The notes beneath the pieces are model-generated. The model was given only the letters and a program-made list of their open reading frames with translations, searched no databases and was not told where the DNA came from. A DNA stretch of 64,000 nucleotides, taken from NCBI GenBank assembly GCA_951406725.2, contig OX597817.1, forward strand, positions 103,788,001 through 103,852,000, read 5' to 3'. A program made the position numbers and the translations under genes. Position 1 is the first letter of the stretch. Every line of letters starts with the position of its first letter. The stretch is from Octopus vulgaris. Lineage: Eukaryota. Positions 12,800 to 27,115 of the stretch are shown piece by piece.

Positions 12800-13179
12800 A
12801 TTACTTGTTTCAGTCATTTGACTGCGGCCATGCTGGAGCATCGCCGTTAGTCGAAGAAATCGACACCAGAACTTATTCTTTGTGAGCCTAGTACTTATTC
12901 TATCGGTCTCTTTTTCTGAACCGCTAGATTTCGGGGACGTAAACATACCAACATAGGTTGCCAAGCGATGGTTGGCGGGGGGGGGGGGGTACAAACAGAC
13001 ACTCAAACATATATATGCCGGACTTCTTTCAGTTTCCGTCGACCAAATCCACTCACAAAGCTTTGGTCAGCCAGAGGATATAGTTGAAGACACTTGCCCA
13101 AGGTGCCACACAGTGGGATTGAACACGGAACCATGTGGTTGTGAAGCAAGCTTCTTACCACACCGCCACTCCTGCACCT
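12800..13179 (-). mobile_element. SINE family A
   Basis: Reverse complement of family A. Confidence 0.9.
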
Positions 13180-13184
13180 ATATA

Positions 13185-13252
<68 letters not shown>

Positions 13253-13540
13253 AGGCGCAGGAATGGCGGTGTAGTAAGAACCTTGCTTCACAACTACATG
13301 GTTTCGTGTTCAGTCCCACTGTGTGGCACCTTGGGCAACTGTCTTCAACTATATCCATGGACCGACCAAAGCCTTGTGAGTGAATTTGGTAGACGGAAAC
13401 TGAAAGAAGTCCGTCATATATATATATATATATATATATTTGAGTGTCTGTGTTCCCCCCCCCCCCACAATCATCACTTGGCAACCTATGTTGGTGTGTT
13501 TACGTCCCTGAAATTTAGCGGTTCAGCAAAAGAGACCGAT
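13253..13540 (+). mobile_element. SINE family A, 3'-truncated, head-to-head with the previous copy
   Basis: Family A head and internal (TA)n. Confidence 0.88.
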
Positions 13541-14204
13541 ATAGATAGATAGATAGATATATGCATACATACATATATACGTATGTGTGTGTGTGTTTCC
13601 TTTCAGTCATATATCCAAGGACAAGGAGATTCACTTCAGTGTTTGGATGAGAAACTCAACCTCACCTACCTTGGTGCCGTCCATTAGTGTAAAAACCGAT
13701 AATATTACAGTTAATTACTATTAATAAACGACAGCGCTGCTGGCAAAGTAAAAATATAATACACATTATCAGCGTCGAACGTTTTTTGTTTTTTTCCGAA
13801 ACTAATAGCAGACGTTACAAGCTTCCTAAATTGGCAGAGAATATAAAAAACAAAAACAAAAAAAAAAAGAAAGAAAACATTCGCAGTCCTGTTTCTTGTT
13901 ATCTTGTATTCATGGATACCCGAAAGAGATTTATTTTTAGTGAATACTTAGTTGTATGTATACAAGTTGCTTTTCCGGAGAGAATTATATTACTTTTCTA
14001 TGCATTTGTAGATATGCGCACAAGCGTGAATGTTTTTACTCAACTTTTAGAAAGACGTGAATAAGTATTATTTTGTCAAACGGACTATTCAGTTTCAGTG
14101 GTAAGGCGTGTTTTATATATTTACCTGAGCTTATTTTTTGTTTTACTTTTTCCTTCAGTTTTAAGAGAAGTAGCGCATTCATACTGACTAGATAATAGAC
14201 GAAT

Positions 14205-14237
<33 letters not shown>

Positions 14238-14982
14238 CTATAGATTTCTTTATATATTCGCAAGACTTAATGCATACCTTACATGAAATACTGAAACTTA
14301 TAAAAGTATTTTTTTTATAATGCTGGCAGGGTGTTAAGAGAAAGACTAAACCTGTTATTTTTTCATATATGTAAGGTTGAAGTGGCTACTGCTACTTGCC
14401 TATATAGATCCATGTATACTAAACACGACAAACCAACGAAACTCGACAGTTTTTATAGTACTTTCGCATTTTTGCCTCAGTGAACCATAACCACCTAGTA
14501 GCTCGGTAGAATGGGCCGTTTTCTATTTAGATATATTTAACCAAACACCAGCGGGTTAATTGAAAAAAAGATATGAATAACTGAGTGTTCCATTTTTTTT
14601 TTTTTTTGGCAAGGTTTTAGATTTTCGTTACTCCAAATTAGACGTGTTGAGATTTAATCACAGATCATGTTAATTTTTTTTCCTAAATATTTCAAATTTT
14701 CGAAATTTAATGCCCTTCAATCAACAATTCGTCTTTTCTTTTTTGCCTATTTTAAAATGTATTCTAAATTATTTATGGAACACAAAACTGCAGCCATTCA
14801 CCTAGCAACTGAACAATGATGTCTTCACACTTTGTTATTCGCAAAGAAGAATGATCATATGCTATTTGAAATTATATAGTATCGAATATTAATCAGTACT
14901 TACTGAACTGAACCAGAAGAATTTGAATTTAGAAATATTGGAGTTAAAAATTAAATCCTGTAAATTATCTTGTGCAACTATT

Positions 14983-15014
<32 letters not shown>

Positions 15015-15516
15015 ATCATATAAATATGTAGCTTTCTGTTGCAGTAAAGCTTATAACTACTTGTTACGGATGCGATTCATAGCCATGTGATGTATTATCC
15101 CATAATCCCCTAATATCATGAAAAAAAAAAAGAAAAAAAGGAACTGAAGTCTTTAGTATACAAAGCGTCCGTATATGATTTGTACATGTCTGTGGAAATT
15201 TTATTCAACACCGTACAGCAAATAAGTTGGTGCATTTGCAAAGCGCATCGTTTCCGAGGTTCTGTATCACTTAAGAAGACTTATACAGTAAGTATTTTCT
15301 TAGCATTTTTAAAATTCAATCAGACGACCTGCCAGCTACTATGTAGAATAGTATGAAAATTAAAGGAACTACATATATATTAAATCTGACATAAAATAGT
15401 GAATAAACACGAAACACTCTCTCTCTCTCACACACATTCAATTTTGTAATTTCAGAACTCTCAAAACATAAGGTGGCTAACATTGAATTTGTTTTAACTC
15501 ATATATACACAAAGTA

Positions 15517-15518
<2 letters not shown>

Positions 15519-15582
<64 letters not shown>
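15519..15582. repeat. (TA)n(GA)n microsatellite
   Basis: Direct read. Confidence 0.9.
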
Positions 15583-15583
<1 letters not shown>

Positions 15584-16161
15584 TAGGGCAGAGAAAGATA
15601 CTTTTGATAATTTAGGATCGACATCTTGGTAAAAATTATCAGAAATAAATATGAAGCTATTCAAGAAATATTACGTTTATAAATATTTCTTTAAATTCAC
15701 AGAAACATCAAAATAAATGTTAGACTAAGGACTTGATAATGTCGAAGCTATGCCATACACAATTATTATCTCGCAATAAGAAATTGTGTTTTAGTTCACA
15801 AATGGATAAGGAAGTGCCCTAAATAAATTTAGCCAAGCAAAACTCAAAGGTAAAAAAAATGCAAGAGAAAATCCATCCTGGTTCTCTTTGCCGTAGGAAA
15901 ATGAAAATCAGCACTGAATTACTTTGCATAATGCAAAGGCCATGAGAAAAGGTTTAAACAATATTTTTCTTATTTAAAAATATACATTAACTGCAACATT
16001 CCTATTATAATTAATAAATTACAACAACAAAAAATGGCGTAATCACTCACCAAGACTTCCACTTTTCAGATATTGGCATGCTATAAAAATGTTTGCATTA
16101 CACATGCGCATTAGCACGACTTCTGACGTGGACAAACCTAATACCTCAAATCATGATTCAT

Positions 16162-16202
<41 letters not shown>

Positions 16203-18495
16203 CACACACATATATGTATATATTTGTGTGTGTGTGTGTGGATAAACAGTCGTTAGCGCGCGCGCACACACGCACACACATTATGTGTGTATGCTAAACA
16301 TTTAATGGATGCGTCTATGCATAATTCGGTTCTTTAAACACATATTCAGTAAAGAAAATTAGCAGGTCTTCCTGTTAGATAAATATCGATCTAAAACCTG
16401 GAAATTGAATAGATCTTAATTTATAAATTCTCTCACGTCGTAAAGACGTCCCCGCCCCAAAACGCCCAGCATTTTGAAATAGTGTTTCTTTGAACTCTGT
16501 TGTTTTTTAGCCCCAGTTCAGTTCTGCTTCAGCAGACCTATGATAAATGGCGTCCCATATGTGACCTTCTCGCCTTTTTGTGAATTACGGCTTATGCTTA
16601 GACTCTGCCCAGCTCTGCTAAATCGAGCTTTTGATTAAGCGGCATTGCATCCTTATCTATTCTGCTTCTTAGACGAACCTAGAACAACGCTGTTTTCTAT
16701 GTCCTTTAGATGAAGCACTAAAGTGATAAATACTAGGAAATGTGAGGGGAGAAAAATAATTCACATCCACGAGATAAGCTGCTAGAAAATATCTAATACA
16801 TAGTAACTTGTTTATCTTATCCCTCTCATCACATTCTGTATGTCTCCTTCTGTCTCTCTCTCTCTCCCTCACTCACACACACACACACAGAGTTCCCCGC
16901 TTGTTTTGTTTTCATGGTTATTTAAAAGAACAGAAAACAAAACAAAAATTCTAAAATGTGTATGTCGACATGCCGAGTAAATTAAGATTGTTTGCTAAGA
17001 TTCTTTCAATTAACAACTCTGATATTAAATCCAATTGATCGTGAACCGAATCTCCCATAAAAGCAATTCCACTTGGCTTATACTGCTAATGTCCATGGAA
17101 AAGGTTTGGAAGTCATAGTAACCCCCTCCCTTCTTGTGTAAATCAGATGTCTTGTACCTAGCCAAAAAGAAGTTGACATCATGCAATAAATAAGGAACCA
17201 ATCATGATATAAAGACGTTTATTGTGAAAATCTTTGTCTCATTCTTTTCTGTTCCGTTTCATTAGATTCAATTTCCTACCCTGAAAACAGCGCATTCAGC
17301 CTCTGATAGAAAGCGTATATTGATTTTTCTTATATTAAAAAGGGATTCACGGGATAGAAATTTTCTAGTGGATTTTCTTACCGGCCATTCATTTACTACA
17401 ATTTACTACTATACAAATCTGATATCTTCACACATTTCAATAAACAAGCAAGGTAAAAATTTTACATATATATTTATATAACTAAGAATGTAAGATAGCG
17501 TTACTCGAAATAAATGCGACTATATTTTGCGCTGCGGTTAAAATTATCGCAAATCTAATGTGAAACTAAAACGTAGCTGAATAGTAGTGCTATTCATTTA
17601 ATGTTCGATCAACAGCATAGTATTGTTTCCAGTCCTGTCCACTTCTAAATATAGATAAAATAATTCAATGTAAATCTCTTTAATGTTTCTTAATTATAAA
17701 AGCAAAGTGTTAGAATAAATAAATTTTTACAGCGAAATAAATATCTTTTAGAAGAGTTTTTAAGACAATTAATGAAAATAGAACTTAAATAGTAATAATA
17801 TTCTAGTTTGAAAAGCAACACATGGCCACTATTGCTGTTGAAATAGACACTCGTGTATAAATTCTTAACGTTATTTTCTTTGATGTTCACAAGATAATAA
17901 TATACTATTTTAAGTAAATATTGATTTCTAACATTTGTTCAAAGAATGAAATTTATTGGAAAATAAAAAAACAATTGATTAAATCAACCAAGCATTGATT
18001 TTGTCGGCTCCAGAGAGATAAAAGGTAACGACGCTACATCAGGATTTGAATTCGGGACGTAATTAATAATCGCAAGTCATTTGTCCAACTCTGTCTGACT
18101 GCTGTCTACCTCTGTTTTTCAAATCGAATGTTGTTCCGAAATAAATATTTATAATGCAAGAAATAGGGATCTGTTTAACTTTTGTCTTGATATTTATTTC
18201 ACAGGTACAACTAACTGTTCTTCGTATATCTCAAATATCCGGCTGTACATGCATTGAACCTTGCGTACCGCACCAGGAAGAAGCTTCCCCACGAACCGTA
18301 ACTGGGAAGCATCAGCTCCATTTCAAAACATAGAAGATAGCCAGCAAGAAAACATCACATGATTCACGAGCTTCCACGTCTCACAAATTGTAACATAGCT
18401 TTCTGGGTTAAAAAGGGATTTTACTAACTTTAACGAATCCTCTTAATTTTAGCATCTTGGAATTTGTTACCTATTTTGCATTCAGTTCCACTCAA

Positions 18496-18529
<34 letters not shown>

Positions 18530-18534
<5 letters not shown>

Positions 18535-19959
18535 TCTTTCCAAACTACCTCTTTTTACACAACCACATGCTTCACACCCTCAAGCACAAAATTGTTTACT
18601 TCACTTTAATTCAACAATTATCATCGTTAAGAAATTCAAATCCAGAATTTTCAGCATCGAAGAAACAAATTTCAGTTCGCAAAGTAATAAAATATACTCT
18701 CACATAGAGATGCAAATTGTCTGCACTGTAGGGAATGCGATTTTATGTAATTCACCACAACGTTGTCCATCGTCTTCAGGAGACCAGCTGGTAGAGATTT
18801 TGACACCAAAAGTTCGGGGTGAATCATGCAATGTACAATTTTAACTTGTGAAGGTTTGTTTTATAATACATGAGCCACGACGCCTATTTTTTCGATCGTG
18901 CATGGATGGAGCGCCATCAGGGCGAACGCTAATACAAGTTTTCCACTGCATCCCTCTCAATACATTTTGGTTTACCAGGTTAAAGTCATATTTTCCTGTC
19001 GTTCTTTCCTTCAATTCACAACGAAAGAAAAACTGATTTATGATTTTACCACCTCTGATGATTCACAGAAATGAAATTAGTTGAGCTTCGTTACTGATGT
19101 TGTAAGGCCCACAAGTTTTCGAGTTCATTTTTTGCTTCAGTGAAATCTTGGCGAAGCTGATCATCATTGTCTCACGAAATGTCTTGAATTTTACGAGAAA
19201 TCATGTGTGCAGGCAAAGGAATGGTCTTAATTTGTTTGAAGGTTTGTCCTTCTGCTGGGATAATTTGTTATTAAATGACACTGAAGTTTACTTGGATCCA
19301 TCGCTTCATTTGAGAGTGTTGTTAAATTATACAAAAGGGAACCGAGTTGTCTTTTATCCGATAATATAAAACCATATTGGATGTAATTTTCATTACATTT
19401 TCGTTTTGATGAGGTGGACTTTCTATTCTGGTGTTCGTCTCGTTTTTTATGACTCTCTTTCTCATTTTTCTGGGGTGTCAATAAAAATTCGTCCATGTTT
19501 AAATCTAAAATTAAAAATCGATTGAAGTTAACGTAAAATAATTCATGTAAATTATAAATAAATCAAAAATTAAATCTTCTTGGACTAATATACAACTTAC
19601 TTACAATCCCGGTTTACATGCAAAAATGTAATATTTTTTCTACTCTAGGCACAAGGGCCGAAATTTTTTGGGAGGGGCCAATAGATTAGATCGACTCCAG
19701 TACGTAACTGATACTTAATTTATCGATCCCGAAAAGATGAAAGGCAAAGTCGACCTCGGCGGAATTTGAACTCAGAACGCAAAGAGAAGTGTAACATATT
19801 ATAGCAAATGTTCTGTCCGTCGTGTAACGTCATTTATATTTACCATATTTTACGATTTATATAAATTTATATTTACGCTCGAACTATGCAAATGTTCTTG
19901 GATCGTTGTTTCTCGAAAATCCCGAAATTACTTTCCGCGGCACAGTTTGACAAACACTG
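18530..19959 (-). mobile_element. Decayed hAT (Buster/Charlie-like) transposon
   Basis: RKCNENYIQYGF...SNEAMDPSKLQCHL (BED region), CISVRPDGAPSM (catalytic D motif), HCMIH (CxxH); TIR-like CAGTGTTTGTCAAACT at 19959. Confidence 0.8.
19635..19785 (-). mobile_element. SINE family B inside the hAT remnant
   Basis: GAAAGGCAAAGTCGACCTCGGCGGAATTTGAACTC. Confidence 0.85.
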
Positions 19960-20324
19960 GCTTAAACGAATACAACATTGCTATTCGATAGACGTATATC
20001 AAGTTACTCAATTGTTGGCTATTACACAATGTGCACTACAGTTTACTGAATTAGTATTAAAATATTTTTGCATTACATACAAACTAAATACTTAAAACAT
20101 AATCTCAACTAGCCAAATGGTAGCCTCACATTACATCTTTCCCTCCTAGGAAAGACGAGTTGATTAAAGATGGAATTTTTTGATCACAGGATTGCTCAGT
20201 CAAAGCTAACTTGACCAAACAATAGTACAACTATTGTGTGTATGTATCATACACACACAGACGAAAGGAAGTGACATTCAACGTATTTGGAGTTATATAT
20301 ATCTATTTAGTAATAGTTTGATCC

Positions 20325-20372
20325 AGTTCCACGCAGTTTAGTTTCGTAGAACGAACCTAAACTGTCAGACAA
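20325..20372 (-). ncRNA. Decayed hammerhead copy in the 3' pLTR of the PLE
   Basis: CTGAC-A...CTAC-GAAA-CTAA; homologous to 22057-22106, with core and cleavage site mutated. Confidence 0.5.
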
Positions 20373-20781
20373 CAAAGCAGATACGAGACAAATTCAAGGT
20401 GGGCCTCTATTGGTCAACTCAGTTCTCGAAGTTTTATTGGTCCGTCTGGATGTGACATCAATTTTTTTTCTTAAGTTTTTATATTCGCGTAGTCGGACAG
20501 GATGTTGGTAGGTACCCGTCACCGCTAAGTCTGGAGATGGCAGTATAATTTCTTTAGTGACATCAGTTCATTGCATTTGATACTACACATGGCAAAGCGA
20601 TAGTTGTCGCAGGTTAGTGAAAAACTAACACCTAAGCGGCAACTATCTCTCTGAAAGAGTAACCAGATTTGATGATGTTAGATTAGATATGGTGGTACAA
20701 TATGGTAGCAATAGTTTATACAGGCGGAAGGGATTAACTACCGTGCTCTTGTGTACTTACAGGTTCAAGGAAAATGCTTTT

Positions 20782-21634
20782 CATTGGCGTCAGGAAACTC
20801 CTAGCTACGCTGCTTAAAACGTCTAGATTGAATGGCGGATTGTACCAAATTATCTTTCTCTTTCTGACTCTCTTCAGGTTCGAGAGTGAAGTTGTGTCCT
20901 CCATATATACTATCTTCTCACTGAATTCACTACTCGCTAATGCTTCCCTATAATGCAGGGCAGCCCTATTGAGGATCTCTCTATCCACTGATAGTTAAGA
21001 GATTCTTCTACTTATGCCTAGGTTTCTATTTATGACTAAGATTCTAACTATAGCTGGTGGATGGTTGGAGTTTCCTCGTAAGGCTTCCTGTAAGAGTAGT
21101 ACTTGTCCGTTTTCAGGTCGCGGGTTACATCCAAGAAGTCTACCCATGTCAAGTTGGTGGTGGTTGTTTTAGATGGACCAAATTCTTTGATGATCTTTGT
21201 TAAATCCTTCCTGAACTTGTCCTTGGTATAGCCGTTCATGTGGCTTGAGATTGCGAAACTGCCGTCCCTATAAAGGGCTGAGTTATGGAGGTGTGTGCGT
21301 TTCTTTAGAGTATCCCGGAGAGAATACCCGACAAAGTCAGCGATCTCAGACCAAGTACCCGTCATAGCTCCCCATAGTCATAAGTAGAAACCTAGACATA
21401 AGTAGAAGAATCTCTTAACTATCAGTGGATAGAGAGATCCTCAATAGGGCTGCCCCGCGTTATAGGGAAGCATTAGCGAGTAGTGAATTCAGTGCGAAGA
21501 TAGTATATATGGAGGACACCGCAACTTCTCCCCCGAACTTGAAGAGAGTCAGAAAGAGAATGATAATTTGGTACAATCCGCCATTCAATCTAGACGTTTC
21601 AAGAAGCGTAGCTAAGAGTTTCCTGACGCCAATG
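20782..21634. repeat. ~260-bp inverted duplication within the PLE (20782-21038 vs 21375-21634)
   Basis: Nearly identical peptide MDREILNRAA...WYNPPFNLDV on opposite strands. Confidence 0.92.
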
Positions 21635-22056
21635 GGTCGCCTTCCTTCTTCACCCAGTAGGAATCCTTGTGAACCAATATTGACTTTCATGATAATTCTA
21701 ATATCGCTGATATGGTTGAATTGCCTAAAGCCTTCAGAGACAAGGATTTCGACACTGAAAAGTAGAAATCTATGATATCGAAGTGGGTGAACCTACAGAC
21801 TGCTTTATTTTGATACCTCTGAACCAATCGATTACTGCGATGCTGCAATCTCATTGGATCAGCCCCGCAGCTTTTCTAATAGCGAACCGTGAATACACTT
21901 ATTTACTATTCTTATTTCGCTCTTACAGGGTTTAATTAACCGGCATTTAGGAAATTAGTGATGTCGTTTCCCGACTTATAAAACCACTAGACCTGAGTTA
22001 ACCAATACATTCCTAACATCTGGAAGCGATCTTGGATGTCTCATAACCTGTTATAG

Positions 22057-22106
22057 ATGCCTGACGAGTTAAGTTTGGTCTACCAGCCTACGAAACTAAG
22101 TTGCAT
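22057..22106 (+). ncRNA. Minimal type I hammerhead in the inverted pLTR
   Basis: ATGC-CTGACGA-G...TGG tcta CCA...C-GAAA-CTaAG-TT-GCAT. Confidence 0.72.
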
Positions 22107-22519
22107 GGAGTAGAGTCAAACTGTTACATATGTGTGTGTGTGTGTGAGAGAGAGAGTCGAATAAAGTTAAAATATCGTCTGGTTTTCATGTTTTTTATTA
22201 TGGTATTTAAAAAAATACAATGTTGAAGTGTGTTAAACATTAAAAAAAATATTTTGTAATGTTCATAAAGTTCAATTAGCACGTTCATACGTTTGTCATA
22301 AGATTCCAAAATGTATTTAACTGATAGTTGAGTTCTTGACAAAAGAACTCTGGTAGAATACGTGGTCCCTTAACTGGATAATATTACTACGAACAATAAT
22401 TATTTCAATATCTTTTGATAATGATGATTTCTTAATTTGACAAGGATTTCTAATAATAATTGATTTTGCTATCGATTAACCACTTATCTCAAAACCAGAG
22501 ATTTTAATCGATAACATCG

Positions 22520-22865
22520 TTCTTGGTACTTGTACTTTATTTTATCGACTCTGCAAGGATGAAAGGTAAAGTTTACCTTGGAGATATTAGAATTCAAAGC
22601 GTTGGGAAAATGGCACAAAATTTTTTGCTATGCTCTAATGATTCTGCTACTCTAATTGTTTCCAATTTAGGAACAAGTCCAAAAGATTTGAGGGGAGGGG
22701 TTTAGCGCTAACATCATTCGCAGTATTTGACTGGTGTTTTATTTTATCTACTCTGAAAGGATAAATAGCAAAATTAACCCCGGTGGGATTTGAATTCAGA
22801 ACGTGAACAGTGGCAAGAAATACTGTAAAGCAATCATTCATTCATACTGTCTTCCAATTCTTCCA
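22520..22865 (-). mobile_element. Decayed SINE family B remnants
   Basis: GGATGAAAGGTAAAGT and ATTTGAATTCAGAACG motifs. Confidence 0.6.
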
Positions 22866-24445
22866 ACTCACTGGGAGCAATTTCATTGAATTCATTTATG
22901 CACCCAGAATAGGAAACGTTAATAATAATGGTTTACAAAACGTATTGGATAGTACAAATAAGCAGTGTGGATCAGGGACGTTATACAAAGAAGACAATTA
23001 AAAAATTTGTGTATAAATAAGGACATATGATAAATAAATAAGTAAACAAATACATATAAAAGATGGATACATAATAATACATAAAAGAGGATATTAAATA
23101 AATAATAGCATACTGAAAGACATTTAGGGTTGTCAACCAACACAAAGGGTGATAATCCACTGGTTATGTCAAATTAAAGCATCCTGTATTCTCCATGCTT
23201 GCTACCGTTTGTGCTGGAGTCTCGTGTACCCAAAGGTAACGTTAACATATGCGTGAGGTGAGACAAAAAGCAACCCATATTCTCTGAATACTTCTACTTC
23301 AGTATGTGACAATATTGTGCGATTGCTTTTACAAAAAACTCTGGCATTTGAAGTCCTGTATTCTGGCTCTGCTTAGAGTTCTGTGATAAACATCTCAAGG
23401 CAATATCTGCCACTTCAGGGGTTCATCTTTCGAAGGACCGCGAATTTTGTGTCCTTTCGTCGTCGTCGTCTTAAGGAGGAACTCCTCCTCACTCTTTTTA
23501 GTTTTCTTCTGCTGGGATTCACTCATATTCATTTGATGAAGCTCATAATTTTTTTCCTCTTCCGACAGTTTGGAAACCTTTTTCAGCTCCATATTCCTTT
23601 CGTCATAAGACGAGACTAAGGCTCTTCAGTTTATGTTAAGGGGGAAGGGGGGCAAAGTACTGAGTCGTTGATTTCAAGGATTGGGCACCAAGTGACTTCT
23701 TCCACCATCTCTGGAATTGTGACCGGTGGTGCTCTGGAGACTGGGGTCTGCTGTTAGCGTTGCTACTGTTCACAAATCTTCAAAAATCGGGAAAAAATGC
23801 TGTGAGGCATTCTAACGATTCTACTAATCCTTCAATTGTTGACAGGCAGCTTATTTTATCGACATCGGCAGAGTTAAATGTAAAAAAGGAATCAAGAAAA
23901 ATTTGAATTTAGAACGCGTGAAGATATACATCAAAGTATTTTTCCTAATCTTTCTCCCACTGAATCATACACCACAAATAATGATTTTATTCTGTTTAGG
24001 TAATGAGGTTGTTGATGGTGTAAGGGTTATCAATATTGTTCTATAAGTAGAAAAAAAAAAGAGACGCTCAATCTTTTTCTGAAGACGTGGAGACGGAAAG
24101 GCAGAAGGGTCAGTTATGTGTATACCAGCGGGCAGGCCTAAATGCTTACAACAGAATGAACCTTAATAACACCAACAACGGCAAATCCAAAGTCGTGGTG
24201 TAAAATCAGAAGATGGATTAAATGTGCAGCCCAAAATGAAGAACAGTCAATTCACAGTTACCGTCTTTCAAATTTCTCTTACGAGGCTTTGGTTGACAAG
24301 AGAGAGAAAAAAATCTCTCTCAGAAGACACATGCCGTGCAGTACGGTTGAACCTGAATCTACATATTTACGAACCAAACTTCTTTAACACTGAGTAAGGT
24401 TCATGTTCAATCTAACCATCATGTAATTGTTGTATGGAAAACGGG

Positions 24446-24845
<400 letters not shown>

Positions 24846-25114
24846 TAGGAGTATCGATAGACTAGGAAATAAATAGCAAAGATGTACTAAAACAAATTAA
24901 GGAAAACAGGGAAGGAATCAAACGTACTTAAAATCTAGCAGCGATAATGCATGAGATATACAGGGTGAGCGGACCACATAATGACGGACACTTTATATAC
25001 TTGTATTTGCTGTAGTCGAAAATATGTTACATTTAAGGAAGGGGACAACCAAAGCCCACTTTACGCCACTGAAATCTGCTGTCAGCTAAGGGCTGCCGCA
25101 CATACATATACATA

Positions 25115-25320
25115 TACGATGGTGGGGGATGAAAAATCCCTGGCTTTCGGTAAAAAAAAAATACAAGAGGATTAGTTAATTATGATTTTATGTTCACCTC
25201 TCAGATTCACACACTTATTGCAGTGGTCTTTTAGGTTTTCTAAGCTCTGTAAAAGAACTCGGAAGATTGGGCCTCCAACTAGGCCTTTCGCGATACCATT
25301 AAAGCCAGGAACTTCCTCGT
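25115..25320 (-). mobile_element. Second copy of the mariner-derived MITE, opposite orientation
   Basis: Reverse complement of the 24500-24660 internal sequence. Confidence 0.7.
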
Positions 25321-25631
25321 GTGTTTATATATACCTGCCCGGAATACATGCATACATTATTGGATGGCCTTTGACAAGTTGTTTTTCATCATAGTGTTCA
25401 ATTAATCACTGTCCTCTCCTGGCAAGCAACTGGTGGAGTTACCGGTTTAGTCACCGATGACTCGGCCAACGGTTATTCTGGGTTACATGTTACTATTAGC
25501 GCTCAAGAGTGACCTGGTATAACACACACACACTTGTGTGTGTGTGTTATTCTCATAAGGAAACAGCATGACACAGTAGATGACAAAGCTACAGTGTACC
25601 TGCATTTTCACATGTTTTTAGAAATGTCACA

Positions 25632-25648
25632 TCTATATACATAAAACA

Positions 25649-25691
<43 letters not shown>

Positions 25692-26452
25692 CGCATGTTC
25701 CTTATGGATTCGAAAACTGAGTTACCGATTTTGACGTATGAGGTATCAAAAGATTCAGTAATCTTTCGGCTATCAAATGAAGTATGTTTTTGTACAACTC
25801 TGTTTTACTACAAAAGTAAACTCGAAAACGAAATCGGGCCGCACAAGTTTGAGGTCATTTTCGGACAATATTTGGATTTGCTTTAATCTACATTGCCAAT
25901 TTTAACGTTTTCGGTGTCAGAAATGCAGCAATGAAGAAGGTGTGTTATGAGTGCATTTGTGATGCACGAAACCCTAATCATCAACAGAAAATAACCAAAA
26001 AACATGACTTTTTGAAACAATTATTGGCACATTTTCCGTCGATAATGGCCTTTGTGCCACAATTAAACTGCCAATGGGAACCTCTTCAGTATTTCAGGAT
26101 TAAACAATGTCTTTTGTTTGAAGTATTGTGATATCATTTCTTTGCACAAAGCCCCAACAGAAAATTGACTAATGAACGTGTTCTGGCATAATTGTGATCG
26201 CTTCTGGCATTACTACCGAAAACAATTTTTCCATATAGATTTTCATGGTAGCAAAGGACTCAAAAATGCCAAAGGAGCGTTCTCGGGTATAAATTCAATA
26301 AATTTCCCCAAGGATTAAGCACAGTAAGAACCTATATTCGTTCAAGTGTGGTAAAGACATGAAGCAATGACGAAAACCTTTCGAGCCTTTTTGCCTTTAA
26401 TATTTTTCTCTTTATTTAACCCAATTTATGCAAGGTTGCTCATCGTTATTAG
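25632..26452 (+). mobile_element. Possible non-autonomous Helitron-like element
   Basis: 5' A|TCTATATACATAAAA followed by (GT)n, and a 3' TTAG|T end; no TSD; pattern only. Confidence 0.4.
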
Positions 26453-27049
26453 TATATATTCATACTTATTATTCAATCCATAAGCCGCAAATTTCGTAAG
26501 GATTTTGCTACAATCTCCCTATTTTTCACAGTGGTTGAGCGTGTACTATAACGCGGGTGATGCGATGGGAAACAAATGTCTAACTTGATAATCTCAATGA
26601 ATGCACTAAAGCATGTATATGCATGCATGTATGTATATCTTACCAACTCAGTTTTTCTTTCTCCTCGCTTATTTCTGTTTTAATTAGGCAAGTTACCACC
26701 GGCCAGAAATGTTCTCTATTTTTGTATGTCTATATGTGTTGTCCCTTTTCTCATTTGGATTCAGTTGTAGTTACCACTCGGTGTTAGAGTTACCGCCTCG
26801 GAGACCTAACGAGAAATAAGTTTGAATGACATTTTATAAACTACTATTCGCCTTTATTGTAAAAATTTATGTAACTAGCAACACTGCATTTTCTTAGATC
26901 ATTTTTGTTTAAAGTGTGTGTGTGTGTGTGTGTGTATAAAAAAATTTCAGGATTCGAAAGAATCAGGTATTTAAACAGTGAAAGCACCATAGTCGTGTCG
27001 GTGATAGCGCTATCTTGTACAAATATACACGCATACACATAATAATGTA

Positions 27050-27115
<66 letters not shown>

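Larger units (their letters stand above)
20311..22126 (-). mobile_element. Penelope-like element remnant bounded by inverted pseudo-LTRs
   Basis: RT motifs KCRLIKPCKSEI, WVKK, MGSYD, VDFLDVT, RKRKIIWYNPPF; inverted homologous termini 20311-20460 and 21959-22126. Confidence 0.85.

Noticed and set aside
23150-23780. Possible LINE ORF1 remnant on the minus strand
   Set aside because: Only compositional hints; no diagnostic motif
24070-24112. CTGAAGA-CGT ggag ACG-GAAA motif
   Set aside because: No stem III or UH cleavage site
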